Source: Rubripirellula sp.
Lineage (GTDB): Bacteria; Planctomycetota; Planctomycetia; Pirellulales; Pirellulaceae
Assembly (NCBI GenBank): GCA_965216875.1
Contig: OZ244207.1
Location: 7,552,001-7,616,000 of the forward strand
Reading direction: 5' to 3'
DNA length: 64,000 bases
This document shows, one piece after another, positions 57,970-64,000 of the stretch. Numbering within the stretch: the first letter of the stretch is position 1; every line of letters begins with the position of its first letter. The notes under the pieces are model-generated. The model worked only from the letters and a program-made list of their open reading frames with translations. It was not told the origin of the DNA and did not search any database. The position numbers were made by a program, and so were the translations under genes.

Positions 57970-60900
57970 ATGCAACGTTCGTTCATCGCGCCGATGACGC
58001 TGCTCGGACCAGTCTTCTCTTGTCTGATCCTCCTTTCGCCCGCCCACAGTGACGAAGCCGATTCTCTGGCTTCGAAACTACTTGAAGAGTCGGGGATCTC
58101 TGCCGGCTTTTTTGTCCATCATGGAGCCAATGATGGTGAACTGGCCAATGCCCTAAAACGCAACAACGCCACTCAAGTTCACGGGCTCTTTAAAGAATCA
58201 TCCGCTCTCGACGCTGCCCGCAAACAACTGGTTGCTCAAGGGATCAATGGAGAGATCTCGTTCGACCTGCAAAGTGGTTCGCAGCTTCCCTACGTCGACA
58301 ACCTGGTCAATCTTTTCGTGAGTGACGACCTCGGTGATGTGGCGCTTGACGAAGTGCTTCGAGTGTTGGTTCCCAACGGCGCGGCCATGATCAAAGAGGA
58401 CGGTCAATGGCGCAAGACTGTCAAGCCACGGCCTGAGGAAATTGACGAATGGTCCCACTACCTGCACGACGCGACCGGAAACTCGGTCGCGCACGATGAT
58501 GTCGTCGGCCCCCCACGGCACCTTCAATGGGTCGGCAGTCCAAGGTGGTCTCGACATCACGACCGCATGGCGAGCATGAGTGCCTTGGTTTCAACCAATG
58601 GTCGCATGTTCTACATCATGGATGAAGGCAGCCGGGTTTCGATTCAACTGCCATCGGATTGGAAATTGATCGCCCGCGATGCGTTCAACGGCACGATCCT
58701 GTGGAAACGCGATATCAAGGATTGGCAAAGTCACCTTTGGCCTCTCAAGAGTGGTCCCACCCAACTTGCGCGTCGTTTGGTTTCGACCGACGAGATGGTC
58801 TTTACCACTTTGGGGTTCAACGAACCCTTGGTCGCTCTTGATGCCGCATCTGGCGAGACGATTCACACCTTCGAAGGAAGCGATTCGACCGAAGAGATCA
58901 TTCACACCGACGATAAGCTTTTCTTGGTGGTGCGAAAGGGAAAAGCAGAACTCCAGGATTACGCACCGCTGCACGGCACCGTCGGCGACCAAGCACGTAG
59001 TCGCAACTTTTTCTGGAATGAAGAACCGCGCGTAGTGATGGCGTTTGATGCCTCAAGCGGTAAGCCGTTGTGGGCCAAGAAGACCGTCGTCTCGCCGCTC
59101 ACACTTGCGGCTGACGCGTCGCGTCTCTACTTACATGACGGCGAAAAAGTGATCAGTCTGGATCAGAAGAGTGGCGACGTCGCATGGGAAACGGAGCCCG
59201 TGACACGCCGCCAGGCTTTCACCTTTAATTTTGGTCCAAGATTGGTGATTCACGAGGATGTGGTGCTTTACGCCGGTGGCGATGGCAACATGAAAAGCCT
59301 CGATTCCAAGAGTGGGGCCGAATTGTGGAAAGCAAGTTTTCCAAACAGCGGGTATCAGTCACCTCAAGACCTGATGGTGGTTGGCGGTTTGGTTTGGCTC
59401 GCCCCGCTCACCTCGGGACGCGACTCGGGGGTCTACACCGGGCGCGATCCACGGACCGGCGAGGTGAAAAAAGAGTTTGCTCCAGACGTCGATACCTACT
59501 GGTTTCATCATCGTTGCTACATTGCCAAAGCGACCGATAAATTCCTGATGCCGTCGCGAACGGGCATCGAGTTTGTCGACCCGACGAAAGAACATTGGGA
59601 CATTCACCATTGGGTTCGCGGCGGTTGCCTGTACGGTGTGATGCCGTGTAACGGATTGACCTACGCACCGCCCCACAACTGTGCGTGCTATCCCGAAGCC
59701 AAGTTGTTTGGGTTCAATTCGCTTGCTCCGTCAAGTTCAACGAGACCTGTTCCGGTCAACGTTCCAGAACAAGGACGCCTGGAGCAGGGCCCGGCGATCT
59801 CGAACGCCTTGATTGACATCGATGCTGAAAGTGAGGACTGGCCAACCTATCGGCACGATGGGCAACGAACCGGAACCGCCGGGACAACGGTTGGCGGCGA
59901 ACTCCAACAGAGCTGGGCGACCGAACTGGGAGGCACGCTGACCGCGCCAGTGATCGCCGATGGCACGGTCTACGTCGCCCAAGTCGACAAGCACACGCTG
60001 CATGCACTCGATCAACAGAACGGATCGACTAAGTGGACGTACACGATCGGCGCTCGGATCGACTCGCCCCCTACCGTTTCACGGGGACGTGTTGTGTTTG
60101 GCGGTGCCGACGGTTGGGTCTATTGCTTGAACGCTACCGACGGCGCACTGGCTTGGCGCTATCGTGCCGCACCACTTGATCGACGCACGATGGCTTTTGA
60201 GCAACTTGAATCGCTTTGGCCTGTGCACGGGAGTGTTCTCGTTCAAGACAACATCGTTCATTGCGTCGCCGGACGTTCGATGTTCCTTGATGGTGGTCTA
60301 CGCATGTTGAGGCTTGATCTCGCCACTGGCAAGAAACTGTCCGAAACGTTGATGGACGACAAAAACCCCGACACCGGCAACAACATGCAAGAGAAGCTCC
60401 AAATCTTGCAAATGCCCGTTGGACTGCCCGACATTCTCTCGAGTGACGGAAAACACCTTTTTATGAAGTCACAGAAGTTTGACCTCGAAGGCAACCGCCT
60501 CGAAATCGGTCCAAACTCGGGCGACTTTGCCGGGCAAGCTTCCAAGCAACGCGGCGACGACGCACACATTTTTGCCCCCATGGGCTTTCTGGATGACAGC
60601 TGGTTCCATCGATCCTATTGGGTTCATGGCCAAAGTTTCGCGGGTGGCCACGGCGGCTACTACCAAGCCGGTCGTTTTGCACCCTCAGGCCGACTGTTGG
60701 TTCGCGGCAATGGCTATGTGTTCGGCTATGGTCGCAAGCCCGAGTATTTGCGATGGACCACGGTGTTGGAGCATCAGCTGTTTGCGGCCGAACCAAACCC
60801 ACCTGAAATTCCGGCGGGGTTTGGCAAGAAGAACTCGGGCGGCGGATCGTACGCTGGTTTCGGGAAGCCAAAAACACTCAACCCGGCTGGCAAGCCAATC

Positions 60901-61857
60901 ACGGTTGAAGCTTGGGTTACTTCGACCAAGCCGCAGGGAGTCATCATTGCTCGCGGTGGACCTTCCGAAGGATTTGCCTTGGCTCTGCAAGGTGGTCGTC
61001 CAGCCTTCATGATTCGCTCGAAGAGTCAGTTGAGTACGGTCACCGGCAAGAAGCGAATCGTCGGTGGCTGGCATCATGTTGTCGGTGTTCTCGACGAAGA
61101 CCGATCGATGAAGCTTTACGTTGACGGCCAAATGGTCGGAGAAGGTGAAGCGTCTGGCTTGATCGCTAGTGATCCTGCACAAGGTCTGGAGATTGGCGCC
61201 GACGCCCAAACCTCCGTTGGCGAATACAACACCGATCTTTCCTTCACCGGCGCCATCGACGAAGTGCGTTTGTACTTCCTCGCAGCCGACAAAAATCAAA
61301 TCCTCAGGCGTTACGCGGATGGCTCCGAGATCTCCAGCGAAGCGGTTCTCGCAGTTAGTTTTGATGATGGAACGGCACGAGATCATTCCTTGCACAAACA
61401 CGACGGAACGATGCAGGGCGGCCAGATTGTCGACGGTAAATTTGGCAAGGCCGCCCAGTTCTCGGCAAAGAAACGCGGCGCGAACAGCACCTCCAAACCT
61501 GGAAATAGTCTCGTTGCACCCAAGTGGGCTCAAGATGTCCCGATCTACGTTCGGGCGATGACGTTGGCTGGCAAAAACCTCTTCATCGTCGGGCCGCCAG
61601 ACATCATTGACGAAGAGGAAACCTTCGAGAAACTGTCCGAAAGCGACCCGCAAGTCCAAGAGTTGTTGGCCCAGCAAGACAAAGTTCTCAAAGGAAGCCA
61701 AGGTTCCATCTTGCTAGCCGTCAACACTGATAGCGGTCAAGTCACCAGCGGCGTCAACCTCGACATGCTGCCTCAGTGGGATGGCTTGGCGGCAGCCAAC
61801 AAGCAGTTGTTTTTGACGACCAAGGATGGCCAAGTCCTTTGTTTTGCCGGTAAGTAG
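57970..61857 (+). CDS. Secreted PQQ-like beta-propeller repeat protein with methyltransferase-like N-terminal domain and LamG domain
   Basis: Signal peptide after ATG 57970; LPYVDNLVNL...EVLRVLVPNG; many 'ALDA.SG...W' blades; DWPTYRHD; LamG (ITVEAWV, WHHVVG, LYVDG, FTGAIDEVRLY). Confidence 0.85.
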   Translation: MQRSFIAPMTLLGPVFSCLILLSPAHSDEADSLASKLLEESGISAGFFVHHGANDGELANALKRNNATQVHGLFKESSALDAARKQLVAQGINGEISFDLQSGSQLPYVDNLVNLFVSDDLGDVALDEVLRVLVPNGAAMIKEDGQWRKTVKPRPEEIDEWSHYLHDATGNSVAHDDVVGPPRHLQWVGSPRWSRHHDRMASMSALVSTNGRMFYIMDEGSRVSIQLPSDWKLIARDAFNGTILWKRDIKDWQSHLWPLKSGPTQLARRLVSTDEMVFTTLGFNEPLVALDAASGETIHTFEGSDSTEEIIHTDDKLFLVVRKGKAELQDYAPLHGTVGDQARSRNFFWNEEPRVVMAFDASSGKPLWAKKTVVSPLTLAADASRLYLHDGEKVISLDQKSGDVAWETEPVTRRQAFTFNFGPRLVIHEDVVLYAGGDGNMKSLDSKSGAELWKASFPNSGYQSPQDLMVVGGLVWLAPLTSGRDSGVYTGRDPRTGEVKKEFAPDVDTYWFHHRCYIAKATDKFLMPSRTGIEFVDPTKEHWDIHHWVRGGCLYGVMPCNGLTYAPPHNCACYPEAKLFGFNSLAPSSSTRPVPVNVPEQGRLEQGPAISNALIDIDAESEDWPTYRHDGQRTGTAGTTVGGELQQSWATELGGTLTAPVIADGTVYVAQVDKHTLHALDQQNGSTKWTYTIGARIDSPPTVSRGRVVFGGADGWVYCLNATDGALAWRYRAAPLDRRTMAFEQLESLWPVHGSVLVQDNIVHCVAGRSMFLDGGLRMLRLDLATGKKLSETLMDDKNPDTGNNMQEKLQILQMPVGLPDILSSDGKHLFMKSQKFDLEGNRLEIGPNSGDFAGQASKQRGDDAHIFAPMGFLDDSWFHRSYWVHGQSFAGGHGGYYQAGRFAPSGRLLVRGNGYVFGYGRKPEYLRWTTVLEHQLFAAEPNPPEIPAGFGKKNSGGGSYAGFGKPKTLNPAGKPITVEAWVTSTKPQGVIIARGGPSEGFALALQGGRPAFMIRSKSQLSTVTGKKRIVGGWHHVVGVLDEDRSMKLYVDGQMVGEGEASGLIASDPAQGLEIGADAQTSVGEYNTDLSFTGAIDEVRLYFLAADKNQILRRYADGSEISSEAVLAVSFDDGTARDHSLHKHDGTMQGGQIVDGKFGKAAQFSAKKRGANSTSKPGNSLVAPKWAQDVPIYVRAMTLAGKNLFIVGPPDIIDEEETFEKLSESDPQVQELLAQQDKVLKGSQGSILLAVNTDSGQVTSGVNLDMLPQWDGLAAANKQLFLTTKDGQVLCFAGK

Positions 61858-61868
61858 CGGAGCGCTGG

Positions 61869-62849
61869 ATGAAATCACGATTGCTCATCGCCGTCTCGCT
61901 GTCGCTGGTCGCCGCGGTCGCGTCCGCCTGCAACATTCCAGTGTTCCGCTACGCACTTGAACGTTGGGTTCCCGATGCCTGCGAGCTTGTCGTGCTTCAC
62001 GATGGTTCGATGTCGTCTGACGATACGACCTTTCTTTCTGGTCTTGTCAATCAATCCATCGAGCAAGACGGCCTTGCCAATGCCAAGGTCACACGCGTTG
62101 ATATTTCTGGCAAGCTTGACGATGAGATGCGGTCGCTTGTCGAAACGCTTCGTGGCCAAGGCGTGTCAACGTTTCCGCATCTGGTTGCTCGCACAACCGT
62201 GCGGGGCGAATATGTCAATCATTGGCATGGGACGATTGAACAGGCCAAATCGGCAGAGCTTTTGCTCTCGCCCGTGCGCCGCGAACTGTCCCGGCGATTG
62301 CTTTCAGGCCACAGCGTCGTTTGGTTAGTCGTAAAATCGAACGACAAGACGCGGAACAAGAAGGCCAAAGACTTTCTGAAAACAAACTTTCGTGAACTCG
62401 AATCAAGCATCCAATTGCCCGAAGGAATTGGCTTGCCCGGCAGCGAATTGCATTCGGAATTACCGCTTGTGGTCAAATTCAGTTTGATCGAGGTCGATGC
62501 GGATGATCCTGCCGAGAGATTCCTAGTCGACCTGTTGAAAGGGTTCGATCCCCAGGCGATCGACGACGGTGATCCGCTGCTGGTTCCTGTTTTCGGACGT
62601 GGACGCGCTCTCGAAGTGATCCCGGCATCCGAAATCGATGCAAAGCTGATGGAAGAATTGACCGTCTTTCTCAGTGGTGCATGCTCTTGCCAAGTCAAGA
62701 ATCGCAACCCGGGTTTCGACCTGTTGCTTTCGGCTGATTGGGACACGGAACTTTTTGGCGAGGGCGGCGTACGACCACCACCGACCACACCTGGAACCCA
62801 ACGCGGCAAGGGCCCAGAATTGTTAACGATCCCGCCTGGCAGACGCTAA
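61869..62849 (+). CDS. Secreted hypothetical protein with Cys motifs
   Basis: Signal peptide then CNIPVFRYALERW; PVFGRGRAL; GACSCQVK..NPG. Confidence 0.75.
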   Translation: MKSRLLIAVSLSLVAAVASACNIPVFRYALERWVPDACELVVLHDGSMSSDDTTFLSGLVNQSIEQDGLANAKVTRVDISGKLDDEMRSLVETLRGQGVSTFPHLVARTTVRGEYVNHWHGTIEQAKSAELLLSPVRRELSRRLLSGHSVVWLVVKSNDKTRNKKAKDFLKTNFRELESSIQLPEGIGLPGSELHSELPLVVKFSLIEVDADDPAERFLVDLLKGFDPQAIDDGDPLLVPVFGRGRALEVIPASEIDAKLMEELTVFLSGACSCQVKNRNPGFDLLLSADWDTELFGEGGVRPPPTTPGTQRGKGPELLTIPPGRR

Positions 62850-62899
62850 GGGGATTTCGTGTTGTCCAACGTTAACGACAATCGCATTTGAACCAAATC

Positions 62900-64000
62900 A
62901 TGAACGCGTCCTCAAACGGTTATGCTCGTTCGTTCGACCGAACACCGATCATCATGATCGCCTCGATTGTGGGGTTGGCATTGCTGGTGTTCGCTTTGAC
63001 TCGGACTGGACCTGCCTCCTCTTCGGCGAGCGGCAAGCCGTTGATGTTGTATTGCGCGGCCAGCAACCGCGCGGTCATGGAATCGATCCGCCAAGAGTAC
63101 GAAGCGGAATTTGGCCGGCCTGTCGATATTCAATACGGCCCTTCGCAAACGCTCCTGTCGTCGATCGAAGTCAGCGAGAAAGGCGACCTGTTTCTGCCAG
63201 CCGATGACAGTTATCTGAAGATCGCAAAAGAAAAGCAGCTCGTTGCAGAAATCGTTCCGATTGCGAAGATGCAGGGTGTGATTGCGATCAAGAAAGGAAA
63301 CCCAAAGGACATTCACTCGTTCAAAGATCTCCTGCGTGAAGAAACGCGTGTTGTTCAAGCAAGTCCCGATGCGGCTGCCATTGCGGCGCTGACCAAAAAG
63401 GTGCTCACCGATTCGGGACATTGGTCGGAACTTGACGAGGCAACCGACGCTTACCGGATGACGGTTACCGACGTTGCAAACGACTTGTTGGTTGACGCGT
63501 CCGATGCGGGGATCGTCTACGACGCGGTCTTGCACACTTATCCCGATCTCGAGTTTGTCGAGATTCCCGAGTTAGCGAAGACCGCATCACAGGTTTCGGT
63601 GGGCGTGATTGCGAGCTGCAAGCAGCCGGCTGCGGCATTGCACTTTGCGCGATTTGTTGCCGCCAAAGATCGCGGTCTCAAACATTACAGTGAGCATGGA
63701 TTTCGCGTCTCGGGCGGCGACACGTGGGCTGATGTTCCGAAAATCAGCTTCTTTGCCGGGTCGATGTTACGCCCAGCGATCGACGACACCATCACCGAGT
63801 TCGAAAAACGTGAAGGCGTGATCGTCAACCGTGTCTACAATGGCTGCGGGATCTTGGTAGGCCAGATGCAAGCGGGGCAGCGACCCGATGCTTACTTTGC
63901 TTGCGACAAAGAGTTCATGGAGCAAGTACCCGATCTCTTTCCCGAATCGGTTGATGTGAGCGAGAACGAATTGGTGATCCTTGTCGAAAAGGGGAATCCA
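62900..64000 (+). CDS. modA: Tandem-domain ModA-like molybdate/tungstate-binding protein (3' truncated; absent from ORF track)
   Basis: My translation from ATG 62900: TM anchor, LYCAASNR, QYGPSQTL, DLFLPAD, KGNPK, DAGIVY; second domain FFAGSMLRPA, VYNGCGIL, PDAYFACD, KGNP. Confidence 0.8.
   Translation, partial: MNASSNGYARSFDRTPIIMIASIVGLALLVFALTRTGPASSSASGKPLMLYCAASNRAVMESIRQEYEAEFGRPVDIQYGPSQTLLSSIEVSEKGDLFLPADDSYLKIAKEKQLVAEIVPIAKMQGVIAIKKGNPKDIHSFKDLLREETRVVQASPDAAAIAALTKKVLTDSGHWSELDEATDAYRMTVTDVANDLLVDASDAGIVYDAVLHTYPDLEFVEIPELAKTASQVSVGVIASCKQPAAALHFARFVAAKDRGLKHYSEHGFRVSGGDTWADVPKISFFAGSMLRPAIDDTITEFEKREGVIVNRVYNGCGILVGQMQAGQRPDAYFACDKEFMEQVPDLFPESVDVSENELVILVEKGNP

Overview
Bacterial chromosomal DNA, very probably a planctomycete (Pirellulaceae-like). 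This is inferred from TIGR02996-type proteins, an ECF sigma/Ser-Thr kinase pair, a giant stand-alone secretin, a DUF1571 protein and a PQQ-propeller/LamG protein. Four blocks: (1) 1-9 kb: the 3' part of an FtsH-like peptidase / RavA-type MoxR AAA+ / degenerate vWA 'ternary' operon, followed by two TIGR02996-repeat proteins (one with a WGR domain). (2) 9-18 kb: ECF sigma factor plus a kinase with a zinc anti-sigma motif, a DASS transporter and a secretin. (3) 18.4-53.7 kb: a ~35-kb microaerobic/gas-sensing island with a full cbb3 oxidase operon (fused ccoNO, an unlisted ccoQ, ccoP, G, H, dsbD-like, I, S), three paralogous class II cytochromes c, a truncated hemoglobin, a hemerythrin-like protein, Usp/VIT1/BON genes, three PAS kinases, a sigma54 activator and an ABC exporter. 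Seven sigma54 -24/-12-like promoters, read directly from the sequence, precede most of its transcription units, and I saw no FNR/Crp gene or FNR box. This sigma54-wired hypoxia regulon is the most interesting candidate system. (4) 53.8-64 kb: homocysteine methyltransferase, aas, a mosaic REP array abutting a truncated cytochrome c gene remnant, and a PQQ-propeller / Cys-motif protein / tandem ModA cluster. Intergenic spaces hold about six families of REP-like palindromes. No rRNA, tRNA, CRISPR, transposase or integrase was recognised. All family assignments are by motif recognition, without database searches.
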